NCBI GenBank assembly: GCA_964187785.1
Contig: OZ076409.1
Location: forward strand, 27,900,001 to 27,964,000
Direction of reading: 5' to 3'
From: Amphiscolops sp. MND2022
Lineage: Eukaryota
Length of the DNA: 64,000 bases
Below are positions 25,101 to 38,932 of the stretch, one piece after another. Both the position numbers and the translations under genes were made by a program. Positions within the stretch are counted from its first letter, which is position 1, and every line of letters starts with the position of its first letter. Under the pieces are notes generated by a model. It made no database searches and was not told the origin of the DNA. It saw only the letters and a program-made list of their open reading frames with translations.

Positions 25101-25796
25101 GTCTCCACCGCAATATGCAGCAAATAGCATGAATTAATTTAGTCTAAGAACTAAATCGTTCCCATTGTATAGCAAGTGACTTGTTCGGCAAAAAAATAAC
25201 TACTGGAGAGGTTTCTGAGGTGTCCTCAACAAAAGTGTTTGCAGCAATAGCGTTTGGCAAGTGAGCTTCGTTCTAACTCAACCACGCCATCCAGTTTATC
25301 CACACATTTGACGCAATTTCATTGGCTCTCATCCCTCGTGTGCCAAGATCTGCTGGATTCTGCGCGCCAGGGATATGATTCTATTCACGCAGTTTTGTGT
25401 TTTCCAAAATCTCTCTAATACGGTTCGCAACAAAAATTTGCTGCTTCTTGTCAAAAGCATTCAGCCATTGTATCACAGTAGAAGAATCGCTCCATATTAA
25501 ACTTTGATCTATGGTAAAATCATGTTCCATGATGAATACTTTTACTTGTGACACATTAAGGGCTGCTTTCGAGTTCCAGCTTTGGAACTGTGGTAGTTTT
25601 GATAGGTGCCACTCTCGTTTTCCCCATGACGAAAAACTTTGACATTGTCATCTTTCTCAAACCTCATGTAAGCGACAACACAAAGTCCCATTTCTGATGT
25701 ATCAACAAACACATGTAATTGTATATTACTACCACGCTGCCAGCCATAATATCTGTCTATGGAGAGTTCCTTCAGTGCTAAAACTTCTGCTAGCCA
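22125..25796 (-). repeat. Tandem triplication, 3 x 1224 bp, within BEL RNase H-integrase
   Basis: Unit starts GTGTTCCCTCTCTGAGG at 22125, 23349 and 24573; ends CTGCTAGCCA at 23348, 24572 and 25796; copies about 99% identical. Confidence 0.97.
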
Positions 25797-28700
25797 ATCA
25801 AGTCACTCTTTTGCATTAACTTGCGAAATTGATTCATCCCAAGATTTCAAAGCCTTCTGCCAAATTAGGCGTAGAATAAGTCAAATTCCTATTGTGAAGG
25901 GTGATGCTTTTTCCAATGGGTCAAAAATTGACGACGCTGCCGACAGAACTGAAGAAACAATTGAACAGAACTCTGTGAGAAACAACTGAATGTTCTTTAC
26001 CAGCAAACCCCAGCATAATTTGAGGTCATCTGCGATAAGGTTCCATTCCAATCCCAGAGCAGTAACACTCTCGGCATCGCTCTTTCCTTACACAATTCGT
26101 GAACGTTCGATTGCCATTTAGAAAGCTTGAACCCACCCTTTTGTAGCAAAGAGATGAGATTTCTTTCCAAAGACTCTGCTTCCTGGATATTTTCGTCGGA
26201 GTACAAGAAGTCGTCCATATAGAAATTTCGTTTCACAATTCTGGAAACGACTGCAAAATCTTTTTCATTGCTTGTGGCTGTACGTGGTAAAGCACAACTT
26301 GCACATGTTGGCGAGTCTTTGGCTCCAAATATATGCCGAGTGTATTCATACGTAGATATATTGTCTGATTGATTTTCTCGTGAAATGAAACGAAGGCATT
26401 TCGCATCTTCTGGATGGACTTTTACCTGCAAGAACATTGCTTCAATGTCAGCGCTCATGCCAAACGGTTTCTCCTGGAGCCGAAATGTTATCCCCACAAG
26501 ATTTTGCGAAAAAATTGGAACCAATGAAGAGACATTTGTTTAAAGGTTGTCCCTCGAATTCACTCGCTGCATTGCAGACGTGTCTCATTTTTCCAGGTTT
26601 GTTCGGGTGAATAACAGGTTTGGGTGATGGGGTAAAAACCACTGAGGATCAGTTCTAGTCGCTGGCAGCTCAGCTTGTTCAAGAATCCGAATATAACCCG
26701 AATCTTGGTCTGTCTTAAATTGGAAGCTTTCATTTCTGGGTTCTTGGCCTGCTGAGTGCTTTAACATCTGATCTGGACCGCCCGTCAACTTTCACTCGTG
26801 AACCGTAACTTTCATTGTCCCACCATGTCTTGATTTCTCGTTCAGGTCAAAATCTGCAGATTGATAAACCGAATTATGACATGATGTCAGTGAAGTTACA
26901 GCCTTTTTCGGCAATGGGCTACTGACTGTCCAACCCAAAAAGCATCGAACAGCCCAGGGCTCACCTGGCTCACCTCGTTGATATTCTAAAGGTCGGGTCA
27001 ATGAAAAGCAATCTTTTCCAAGGATAACTTCGACATCTTTCAGATTGATATTGTTTGACGGAACATTAATCAATTGCATGCATTGACTCTGCATACGTCG
27101 AATATCATTGGAACTGTCGTCGATCACAAGATTATGATGAGTAGCTATTTGGGTATCTTCGTTTCCATAGTCCTTTGAATGAATTGTGACATTGACGAAC
27201 TCACTGTCGTTGCATTCAGTACCATTTATTCCGCTAACAAAAAGACCCCGTTTGACTCCGCGCAGATTCAGTTGATCTGCTGACGACTTATCTATGCATG
27301 ACAGACTATATCCACTGCCGACTAACGCCAGAACTGTCACTCTTTTACTTTTATTTGAATGTTCCACTTCGTAGACAGGTAGAATGCCAAAAGTGTTCAA
27401 ACTTACACTTGCATGAGTCTCTACAGTCTCCGTTGACGTTGTGTCGGGGATTTTGTTACCTTCCGATCGGTGCAACAATCTGTTATGACGCCTTTTGCAA
27501 CCATCAATCCCACTTTCTTTCATCTTGCAGTCCTTAACAGCATGTCCCCCACGGAAACATAAGAAACAGAACTTACTCTCCTTCATCTTTTTGTATTGTT
27601 CGACAGAAGTAAGCTTCTTGAAAGCCTCACAAGCCCAAAAACCATCGGCATTGCCACAGACCGCACATTAATATGGAGTCTTAGGGCTGGATTTAATTGC
27701 ACGTAAGCCTTACTCGTTGGTAGTTGCGGACATGGATGATCCTGCTGTTCTTGGTCGGTCAGTCGACGTGGGCTGCTTTTTGTCATTGCTTTGTCTGAAA
27801 TGAACCAGCAGTTCATCATGAACAAAAGCAACGTCGTTCAACCATTCGCAAAATTTACTGAAGTTTGCGCTTTGATAATTTTGTCCTTTTGCACAGAACA
27901 ACCATTTGGTTTTCAACTCTGGAGGTAGTTTTCTGACAGCGCAGTTCAGTACAGACTCTAAGCTAAGATCACCAGTAAAGCCGTACTGATTCAAGACGCT
28001 AACACACGTTGTTATGATTTGGGCAAATTTGATAATAGCCGCCGAGTCGTGAGATGTGATGAAAGGGTACGCGTGGATATTATTTCATTTGCGCATTTAC
28101 AACTGTCTGGGGTCGCCCAAAGTTTCGGACTAACGTGTTCCAGGCAGTGTGATAAAACGTCCCAGAGTAACGAAAACCTTCAATTGCGGCTTTGGCTTTG
28201 CCTCTCACCAACTTCTCTTAATAGTTCATTTTCGCATTGTCGTCAATTGGCGCAATGTGAATAACTGCATTAAGTAGACTGGACCATTCGGACCACTCCG
28301 GAGGATCACGTGCAAATTCAGTCATCTTCAATTTCGGTAGCCTGGACAGTTGAACTCTCCACTGGGGCAGGATAGGTTGTTGTATTGAATGAGTCGAGGT
28401 GTCGTGACACTCGGTTAGGCATTTCGCAGTTTGCATTGAGATGTCTATTCAGTGAGACTGTTCTTAATTTGAACGACTTTGGCTTCTGTCGCCCCGGTCA
28501 TTTAACCGTGTGCCCTTGCGTTAAGTAGGATGATCTTTCTTTTTTTTCAAGTACTATTAAGGGTTGTCCTCTGCTTCGTGAAGCCATTGCATCGCTCGTG
28601 ATCGCAGTTTCTCCATTTTCTGTGATCACGCTAATTTGCGATTTTTCTTCCTGAATATCTGTAACGTCGCTGTTTTGATTCAACCAGTTTTTGATACTGC

Positions 28701-30076
28701 TGTCTGTGTCCTCGTCGTTAGATAAAGACATCAGGCAGGGACAGACAGTTGATCCAAGGAATGAGCCTTCTGCTTCTCCGATTTGCAATTTCATTTCCTG
28801 CATCCTCAATGTCGTCTGATCCCGTAAATCGGCTATATATGTTTCTGCTTGCACTGCTTCTATTTCCATTTCCATATCCAGTTGTCGCTGCCTCCGTTTC
28901 AGCTTGAGTTCCCTTTCCTTTTTCTCAATGGCCATTGGCGACTCTTTCTCTAGAAGTTCCGCTCGACCCTCAAGTCGACGACTTTCGCTGAGTCGTGAAG
29001 ATCAAGAACCCGTGTTGGAATGTTGATACTTCGAAGGCTCGCTGGCTGCACTTTTCATTGTAGATGGAACGTTGCAGGTGGATTTCCTCAGCCCATGACT
29101 CACGTCTGCTGGAGCGTTGTAATTCGTAGAGCCTTCTCTCTCAACTTCAACTAGAATGGCTTCTTTCGATGAAAAGAAGTCTTTTTGACAATGGCAATTT
29201 CCGGACTCAACAGGGTTCGTTGTTAATTCAGAGCTTTGTCCACTACGTCTTTCGTCTCTCAAAATTTTGGTAAAACTTATTTGACCTTAGTTGATCTAGC
29301 AAGATTCATTTTCAATCTTTGTTCCCTGTGCAATTAATGAATTCGTTTTGACTATTTTGCCTTGATTCGTGACACGAGCGTTGTTGAATTGGTCCGACTC
29401 TTTACAGTAACGTAAACACTGACCTTTATTCTTCAATTGAAAGTAAACTGTTGAACATCTTCTTATTTTGCTGAACATTGTTGAACATTCTTTGTAAAAC
29501 TGTTCAAGACCACTTGTTTGACACTACCCGACCTTACGACGCTTTGACTGATACTTGTCTTTCGGCAAGCGAATGCAACTGTCACATTCGTTCTTTGTTC
29601 CTTCAATGGTTTTGCTATAATCGGGATAAACAATACCCAATTCGTATACTGAGTTCGTAATCCTTTCCTTTTGCTTTCAGTTCCTCGAACATCTAAAGTA
29701 TCTGTGCTATTACTTCAATTGTTTTAGCAAATCGCACTTCGTGTTCTCTCCACCCTGTGGATATTGATAAATTCTTCAAGGCATCCGAAAATAACAACAC
29801 CAGTGTTGTTCCGTCTTTTTTCACTGTCATAACATTCAGGTCGGTTAAGTCAAATGTCACCATCTTCGTACAGTAACTTGCGCTAAATTGCCTGCTATGT
29901 AGTAGTTTGGTCAACCTTATTAATCAGATTCTCTGTGACGTGAATGAAATGTCCAATTAACTTAGGTTTTTGCTCTGTTTCAAGATGAGAACAAACCAAA
30001 TGGGTATCTGTAAATCTACCAAAGCTGCGAAATGTAAAACAGAAAAAATTAAAGATAGTGAATATTAACGCAACCT

Positions 30077-30094
30077 TCTCGGGTCACCGCACCA
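30077..30094 (-). other. Primer-binding site of left BEL copy
   Basis: Minus strand TGGTGCGGTGACCCGAGA 5 nt after the LTR-terminal CA; resembles a tRNA-His/Gly type 3' end, identity not determinable here. Confidence 0.7.
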
Positions 30095-30099
30095 AAATG

Positions 30100-30770
30100 T
30101 GAAGGCTAACTCAAGTAGCTAATGCGTTCGAACCGTCGGTCTGTCCCTGGGATAATTCTAAATTGCAGAAAAATAGAATGTTCCTGAAAACTCTACCAAT
30201 CCGTGACCGAAACTGAATATTTCAACGTCTAAAAACACTCACAACGTGCTTTAAAGAAGTCAATTTTCCGTTCAAACATGGTTGAACAACATCTCAGGTA
30301 CATCGATTGGTAGAGTAAACAATACAGATGCAAGTATTTATGCGTAAATATGAAGTTATGAGAGTATATCTACTGATTTACAACAAGTAACTACACGTTC
30401 GTGATCAGTTAAGTTTCTTGGGCACTTTCTGCCTATCTAAGTATGCTAATAGTGGATAAAAATACTCAGCTATGATCGCACAGCATGATCACAAACAAAT
30501 AGGAGGTCTAAAATGGGTTCAATAGGAAATGGAGGGCAATTTTTGCCATAAAAGTGATAGGTTGATCGAAAAGTCCGAAAACCCCATAAGAACTTTTTTT
30601 GAAAAAAGTAGCTTTGATTTCCAGTGTTTTGTGTTATATTGGTAGTTTGACTCAAAAAAGGAAGATTACCGTTTTTTTGGCGTTGATTTTTTATTTGGGG
30701 TTGGAGATATTGCTCTACAAAGTCACCCAATTTGAGGTCTTTTTTCTGTACTGGTTTTCAGGCCTTTTCA
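30100..30770 (-). repeat. 5' LTR of left BEL copy
   Basis: Starts TGAAAAGGCCTGAAAACCAG (minus), ends ...AGCCTTCA, followed by the PBS. Confidence 0.9.
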
Positions 30771-30787
30771 GAAAGTATTCAACCATT

Positions 30788-33700
30788 TGAAAACCAGTAC
30801 AGAAAAAAGACCTTAATTTGGGTGACTTTGTAGAGCCATAAATTCATCCCCTATGGAAGAATCAGCCCCAAAATAGCGGTAATCCCCTTTTTTCGAGCCA
30901 AACTACCAATTTAGCACAAAAAACTGGAAATCGAAGCTACTTTTTTTCAAAAAACCTTTTGATGGGGTTTTCGGACTTTTCGATCAATATATCACTTTTA
31001 TGGCAAATATTGCCCTCCATTTCCTGTTTAACCCACTTTAGACCTCTTATTTGTTTGTGATCATGTTGTGCGATCATATTTGAGTATTTTTATCCAATAT
31101 TAGCCTACTTGAATAGGCAGGAAGTGCCCAAGAAAATGTATTAACTGATCACGAAAGTGTAGCTACTTGTTGTAAATCACTGGATATACTCTCATAACTT
31201 CGTTTTTACGCATAAATATTTGCTCCTGTATTGTTTATTTTATCAATCGATGTACCTGAGATGTTGTATAACCATATTAGAACGGAAAAATCATTTTTTT
31301 AAACCACGTTGTGAGTGTTTACAGAAGTTGAAATACTCAGTTTTCATCACGGATTGGTAGAGTTATCAGGAACATTTCAATTTTTGCAAATTAGAATTCT
31401 TCCAGGGACAGACCGACGGTTCGAACGCATTAGCTACTAGAATTAGCCTTCAGATTTTGGTGCGGCGACCCGAGAAGGTTGCGTTGATATTCACTACCTT
31501 TAACTTCTTTCGTTCTATATTTCTCAGCTTTTGTAGATTTGTAGATACTCATTTGGTTTGTTCTTATCTTGAAACAGAGCAAAAACCTAATTGATTTGGA
31601 CATTGTGTTCACGTCACAGAGAATCTGATTCATTGTCAATCGGGTTGACCAAACTACTACATAGCAGGCAATTTAGCGGAAGTTACTGTACGAAGATGGT
31701 GACATTTGACTTAACCGACCCGAAGGTTATGACAGTGAAGAAAGGCGGAACAACACAGGTGTTGTTTATGCCTTGAAGAATTCATCAAACTCCAGAGAAT
31801 GGAGAGAACACGAAGTGCGATTTGCTAAAAGAATTGAAGTAATAGGACAGATTAAATTAGAAGTTCGAGGAACTGAAAGCTAAAGGAATGGATTACGAAC
31901 CCAGTATACGAATTGGGAAAACTTTATCACAATTATAGCAAAGCTATTGAAGGAATAAATAACGAATGTGGCAGTTGCATTCGCTTGCTGAAAGACAAGT
32001 ATCAGTCAAAGCGTCGCAAGGTCATGCAGTGTCAAACGAGTGGTCTTGAACAATTTTACAAAGAATGCTCTACAATGTTCAGCAAAATGAGAAGATGTTC
32101 AACAGTTTACTTTCAGTTGAAGAATAAAAGTCAGTGTTTACGTTACTGTAAAGTGTTAAAGTCAACAACGACCGTTTCACGATTCAAGGCGAAATAGTCA
32201 AAACGGAATCATTAATTGCACAGGGAATAAAGATTGAAAATGAATCTTGCTAGATCAACTAAGGTAAAATCAGTTTTACCAAAATTTTGAGAGACGAAAG
32301 ACGTAGTGGACAAAGCTCTGAATTAACAACGAACCCTGTTGAGTCCGGAAATTGCCATTGTCAAAAAGACTTCTTTTCATCGAAAGAAGCCATTCTAGTT
32401 GAAGTTGAGATAGAAGGCTCTACGAAATACAAAGCTCCAGCAGACGTGAGTCATGGGCTGTGGAAATCCATCAGCAAGGTTCCATTTACAATGAAAAGTG
32501 CAGCCAGCGAACCTTCGAAGTATCAACGTTCCAACACCGGTTCTTGATCTTCACGACTCAGCGAACGTCGTCAACTTGAGAGTCGAGCGAAACTTCTGGA
32601 GCAAGAGTCGCCAATGGCCATTGAGAAAAAGAAAAGAGAACTCGAGCTGAAACGCAGGCAGCGACAACTAGATATGGAAATGGAAATAGAAGCAGTGCAA
32701 GCAGAAACCTATATAGCTGATTTACGAGATCAGACGACATTGAGGATGCAGGAAATGAAATGGCAAATCGGAGAAGCAGGCCTGTTCCTTGGATCAACTG
32801 TCTGTCCCAGCCTGTTGTCTTTATTTAACGACGAGGACAAAGACAGCAGTATGAAAAACCGGTTGAATCAAATCTGCGACGTTACAGATATTCAGGAACA
32901 AAAATCGCAAATTGGCGTGATCACAGGAAATGGAGAAACTGCGATCACGAGCAATTCAATGGCTTCACGAACTAGAGGACAACCCTAGTAGTACTTGAAA
33001 AGAAAAGAAAGATCATCCTATTTAACGCAAGGGCACATGGTTAAATGACCGGGGCGATAGAAGCCAAAGTCGTTCAAAATCAAGAACACTTTCACTGAAA
33101 AGACATCCCAATGCGAACTGCGAACTGCCTAACCGAGTGTCACGACGTCTCGACTCATTTTCAATACAACAACCTATCCAGCCCCAGTGGATATATCAAA
33201 TGTCCAGGCTACCGAAACTGAAGATGCTGAATTTTCACGTGATCCTCCGGAGTGGCCCGAATGGTCCAATCTAATTAATGAAGTTATTCACATTGCGCAA
33301 ATTGTCGACAATGCGAAATTGAGCCATTTGAAGACGTTGGTGAAAAGCAAAGCCAAAGCTGCACTCGAAGGTTTTGGTTACTCTGGGGCGTTTTATCACA
33401 CTGCCTGGGACACGTTAGTCGGAAACTTTGGTGGACCCTAGACAGTTGTGAATGCGCAAATGAAACATTTCCACACGTACCCTTTCATCACATCTCACGA
33501 CTCGGCGGCTATTATCATATCTGCCCAACTCATAACAACGCGTGTTAGTGTCCTGAATCAGTACGGCTTTACTGGTGATCTTAGCTTAGAGTTTGTACTG
33601 AACAGCACTGTCAGAAAACTAATTCCAGAGTTGAAAACGAAATGGCTGTTCTATGCAAAAGGACAAAAATATCAAAACGCGAACTTCAGTAAATTTTGCG

Positions 33701-36700
33701 AAAGGTTGAACGACGTTGCTTTTGTTCATGATGAACTGCTGGTTCAAATCAGACAAAGCAATAACAAGAAGCAGCCCACGTCGACCGACCAACCAAGAAC
33801 AGCAGGATCATCCATGTTCACAACTACAAACGAGTCTGGCCTACGTACAATTAATTCCTGCCCTAAGACTCCATCTAAATGTGCGGTCTGTGGCAATGCC
33901 CATGGTTTTTGGGCTTGTAAGGCTTTCAAGAAGCTTACTTTCATCGAACGGTACAAAAAGGTGAAGGAGAGTAAGTTCTGTTTCTTATTTTTCCGTGGGG
34001 GACATTCTGGTAAGGATTGCAAGAAGAAAGAAAGTGGGATTGATGGTTGCAAAAGGCGTCATAACAGATTGTTGCACCGATCGGAAGGTAACAAAATCCC
34101 CGACACAACGTCAACGGAGACTGTAGAGACTCATGCAAGTGTAAGTTTGAACACTTTTGGCATTCTACCTGTCTACGAAGTGGAACATTCAACCAAAAGT
34201 AAAAGAGTGACAGTTCTGGCGTTAGTCGGCAGTGGATATAGTCTGTCATGCATAGATAAGTCGTCAGCAGATCAACTGAATCTGCGCGGAGTCAAACGGG
34301 GTCTAGCAGTTAGCGGAATAAATGAAACTGAGTGCAACGACAGTGAGTTCGTCAATGTCACAATTCTTTCCAAGGACTATGGATACGAAGATATTCAAAT
34401 AGCTGTTCATCAAAATCTCGTGATCGGCGACAGGCGAGTATATTCCAATGATACTCGACGTATGCAGAGTCAATGCATGCAATTGATCAATGTTCCGTCA
34501 AACAATTTCAATCTGAAAGATGTCGAAGTTATCCTAGGAAAAGATTGCTTTTCATTGACTCGAACTTCAGAATATCAACGAGGTGAGCCAGGTGAGCCCT
34601 GGGCTGTTCGATGCTTTTTGGGTTGGACAGTCAGTGGCCCATTGCCGAAAAAGGCTGTATCTTCACTGACATCATGTCATAATTCGGTTTATCAATCTGC
34701 AGATTGTGACCTGAACGAGCAAACAAGACATGGTGGGACAATGAAAGGTAAAGTTACGATTCACGAGTGAAAGTTGACGGGCGATCCAGATCAGATGTTG
34801 AAGCACTCGAAACATTGGAAATGACAACGCACTGGGAAAATGACAGGTACACCGTGGGAATGTTGTGGAGTTCTCCACGTTCCAGTCTTCCGAACAACTA
34901 CCGCAGTGCTGTTAAGCAGTTCTTGTCACTCGAAAACCGGCTGGCCAAGAACCCAGAATTGAACAAAAGTCTCTTCATTTGTCCCAGTTTTTTGCAGAAC
35001 TTGTGGGGATAATATTTCGGCTCCAGGAGCAACCGTTTGGCATGAGCGCTGACATTGAAGCAATGTTCTTGCAGGTGCAAGTCCAGCCAGAAGATGCGAA
35101 ATGCCTTCGTCTCGTTTCACGAGAAAGTCAATCAGACAATATATCTACGTATGAATACACTCGCCATATTTTTGGAGGCAAAGACTCGCCAACATGTGCA
35201 AATTGTGCTTTACAATGTACAACCACAGGCAATGAAGAAGAACTCGCAGTCGCTTCCAGAAGTGTGAAACGAAACTTCTGTATGGACGAATTCTTGTACT
35301 CCGACAAAAATATCCAGGAAGCAGAGTCTTTGGAAAGAAAAGTCTCTTTGCTACAAAAGGGTGGTTTCAAGCTTTCTAAATGGCAACCAAACGTTCACGA
35401 ATTCTGTGAGAAAAGAGCGATGTAGAGAGTGTTACGGCTCTGTGATTGGAATGGAACCTTATCGCAGATGACCTCAAATTATGCTGGGGTTTGCTGGTAA
35501 AGAACATTCAGTTGTTTCTCACATAGTTATGTTCAATTGTTTCTTCAGTTCTGTCGGTAGCGTCGTCAATTTTTGACCCATTGGAATTAGCAGCACCCTT
35601 CACAATTAGAAATTGACTTATTCTACGCCTAATTTGGCATGAGGCTTTGAAATCTTGGGATGAATCAATTTCGCAAGATAATGCAAAACAGTGACTTGAT
35701 TGGCTATCAGAAATTCTAGCACTGAAGGAACTCTCCATAGAGAGATATTATGGCTGGCAGCGTGTTAGTAATGTACAATTATATGTGTTTGCTGATGCAT
35801 CAGAAATGTCAAAGTTTCTTTCGTCATGGGGAAAACGAGAGTGGCACCTATCAAAACTACCACAGTTCCAAAGCTGGAACTCCAAGCAGCCTTTCATGCG
35901 TCACAGATAAAAGTATTCCTCTTTGAGGAACATGATTTTACCATAGATTAAAGTTTAGTATCGAGCGATTCTCCAACTGTGATACAATGGCTGAATGCTT
36001 TTGAAAAGAAGCAGCGAATTTTTGTTGCGAACCGTATTAGAGAGATTTTGGAAAACACAAAATTGCGTGAATAGAATCATATCCCTGGCACGCAGAATCC
36101 AGCAGATCTTGGCACACGAGGGATGAGAGCCAATGAAATTGCGTCAAGTGTGTGGATAAACTGTTGAGGACACCTCAGAAACCTCTCAAGTAGTTATTTT
36201 TTTGCCGAACAAGTCACTTGCTATACAATGGGAACTATTTTTTTTGAACCAAATTAATTCATGCTATTTGCTGCATATTGCGCTGGAGACGATTCAGTCA
36301 AGTTAGAGGAATGGTTTCATGGGACGAATATCACAATGCAGAGCGAATCATACTAAAATTGATTCAAAAGGAAGCCTTCCCGACTGAATAAGATGCATTA
36401 ATCAATGCAATGGAAAGGTGTTATCTTCCAAATCAAACATTGCTCAACTTTGCCCGTTCATCGACAATCAGGGTATTATGAGAGCACGTGGGCGTTTATG
36501 GAAAACTGATTTCGAATTCGACACTAAACATCCTTCTACCATCCAAACATCATTCATCACGACATATGATGCTGAAATGTCTTTTTTTGGACAATTATCA
36601 CCAAGGCGTTGAAAGTACGCGTCATGGGTTGCAACAGAAAATCTGGATATTGGGCCTCAGAAACGCCTTGCGGAGCATCAAAATTCGCTGCGTTCTATGA

Positions 36701-38194
36701 AAAAAGTACAATGCCGTTGTCCAATTTCCAAATATGGCTGACTTACCAAGAGAAAGGGTTGAGAAAGTTGATTTCCGTTTTACTTATGTTGGAATCGACT
36801 ATTTCGGACCCATAGAGGGGAAAGACATGATAAAGACATTGAAAAGATGGATGTGTGTCTTTACGCGCGTCTACAAATGTCAAACATCTCGAAATGGTGT
36901 TTTCGCTAGACACTGACACTTGTCAGAGTGCAGTTACACAATTTTTAGCCAGACAAGGTCATACATTGACTATTTGGAGCGATAATGGTACAAACTTCGT
37001 TGGTGCGAACATCGAGCTGAAGCAGTTTGCATCATTGTCGCAAAATTTCGACTTCCAAGAAAACGTTCGTCAAAGGAAGGTCGTTTAGACATTCAACCCT
37101 GCAGCAGCGCCATATTGAGAGCGAATGGTGAAGACAAGCAAACAGGCCATATACCATGTTCTGAATGGTCAAATGCTTACTGACGAGCTTTTAGCTACAG
37201 TTCTTTGTGTCACTCAGCATTTTCTTATTTCCCGTCTACTCATGCCTAACACTTATGATCCTTCCGACATGGAGGCTTTGACACCTCACCATTTTCTTTT
37301 TGGGCCGGCCGAGTATCGCAATTCCTTATTTGCCAGATGCGCAAAAGTACCAAAATCACAGAAAGAGGTTCCGAGTGGCTCAAGCTCACATGGACAACAA
37401 TTGGTCAAGATGGCTGAAAGAGTAGCAGTGCATAATATCAGCCAGAAATGCTACAAGGAACATCCGCAAGGGAAATAAATTGATCTGGTGTGGATTATCG
37501 ATCATCGTGAAAAACGGGGTTTTACCGGCTTGGAAAAGTCTAATGGTGTCATTATGGAAATGACGGTAGCATTCGATCTTGTGACATCCTTACCCAATTT
37601 GGAGTTGTTTCTCGACTTACAGTTAAGTTGTCTCGTGTGTTGGACAACGTTGGGTGTGTTCCTCCCCAAAAGAAACACAGGGCTGGCGATGAAAAGGCCT
37701 GAAAACCAGTACAAAAACAAGACCTAAAAATGGGTGATTTTGTAGAGCCAAAACTCCAACTCCAATGGAAGAATCAACCCCAAAATAGCGGTGATCCCCC
37801 TTTTTGTGCCAAACTTCCAATCTAGCACAAAAAACTAGAAATCGAAGCTACTTTTTTTCAAAAAAAAATTTTATGGGGTTTTCGGACTTTCCGATCAATA
37901 TATCACTTTAATGGCAAATATAGTCCTCCAATCACTGTTTAGCCCACTTCAGCCCTCTTATTTGTTTGTGATCTTGTTGTGCAATCATGTTTGAGTTTTT
38001 GTAGCTAATATTAGCCTACCCACACTGGCAGAAAGTGCCCAAGATAGTGTATTTACTGATCATGAAAGTGTAGTTACTTTTTGTAAATCAGCGGATACAC
38101 TCTCATAACCTCATATTTACGCATAAATATTTGCTCCTGTTTTGTTTACTCTATTAATCGATGTACATGAAATGTTGTATAACAATATTAGAAC
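30788..38194 (+). mobile_element. BEL/Pao LTR retrotransposon, right (inverted) copy (dead)
   Basis: 5' LTR 30788-31452 (first 10 nt missing); PBS TGGTGCGGCGACCCGAG at 31458; 440-aa gag-protease ORF 33448-34770; RT 34979-35425; IN 36488-37478; 3' LTR from 37690, truncated at 38194. Confidence 0.95.
33448..34770 (+). pseudogene. Longest open BEL gag-protease fragment (440 aa)
   Basis: CAVCGNAHGFWAC...CFLFFRGGHSGKDC...GCKRRHNRLLH; the protease catalytic Asp is replaced (ALVGSGYS); flanked by stops. Confidence 0.85.
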
Positions 38195-38932
38195 TTTGAC
38201 TCAATGCAATTCCGAAGTTAACAAAATTCCGTGGGTTCCGTTTTTTGGGACAACTATTAGGTTGTTTCTACCTTTGAATCGAAAAAAAACGGAACGCTCT
38301 GCTATTCTTGTCTTGAAAATAGTACTAGTTGCTATTGAAAAAGTTGACTAATTTTGCTGTTAATCGCACTGTTAATACCTAATCGCTTCTTCAACCAACG
38401 ATAGTTCAGATCTTCAGCAAGAAAAAACTGGCGTCTTTACCAGTCATTTTTCTGTCACTGTGATGTTGTGAATGTGAGTTCTTTTTTGAAGAAGGTTTGT
38501 TAAAATGGACGCAAACTTAAAAATTCTTCAGAACATTTATTGACAACGATTTCAAATTATGAGCACTCGAAAAATTTCAGTTCGTGTTTGTTGGATCACC
38601 TAGTAAAACAATACAATAAAAAATCAGTCATTTTCTAGGTTAAAATAGGTGTACTAGTTACCTGAGTTACTGCTTGGAGATTAGGCTAGCCAAACATCGA
38701 ACTTTCGAAAGATGGACTGCAGATAGCACAATTGCGACAGGCAATTCGAACTGAAAAACGTTTTGCGCTGTTGTGATTGATAAAGCATGACCTGTCATGA
38801 AAACAAGTAGATTGAGCCACAATTCATAACTTACTAACGCTGATTTTTCTAGACTTTCAAATAACCTCCATCAACTGGTATAGCGTAAGTTACGTACGTT
38901 GAAAGTGACGACCGATACCCATACATTTACAA

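Larger units (their letters stand above)
20580..30770 (-). mobile_element. BEL/Pao LTR retrotransposon, left copy (dead)
   Basis: LTRs 30100-30770 and ~20580-21251; gag (MTEFARDPPEWSEWSSL), BEL-type cysteine cluster (CFLCFRGGHAVKDC...GCKRRHNRLLH), protease region, RT (SADIEAMFLQV, HIFGAKDSP, FYMDD), RNase H (LHVFVDTSE, WSDSSTV), integrase (HQGVE...CVPC, YFGP, SDNCTNFVG, APHFGG). Confidence 0.95.

Noticed and set aside
20573-30776. Target-site duplication for the BEL element
   Set aside because: Flanks (GAAGT or AGTTG versus GAAAG) are similar but not identical; the boundary is too decayed to call.
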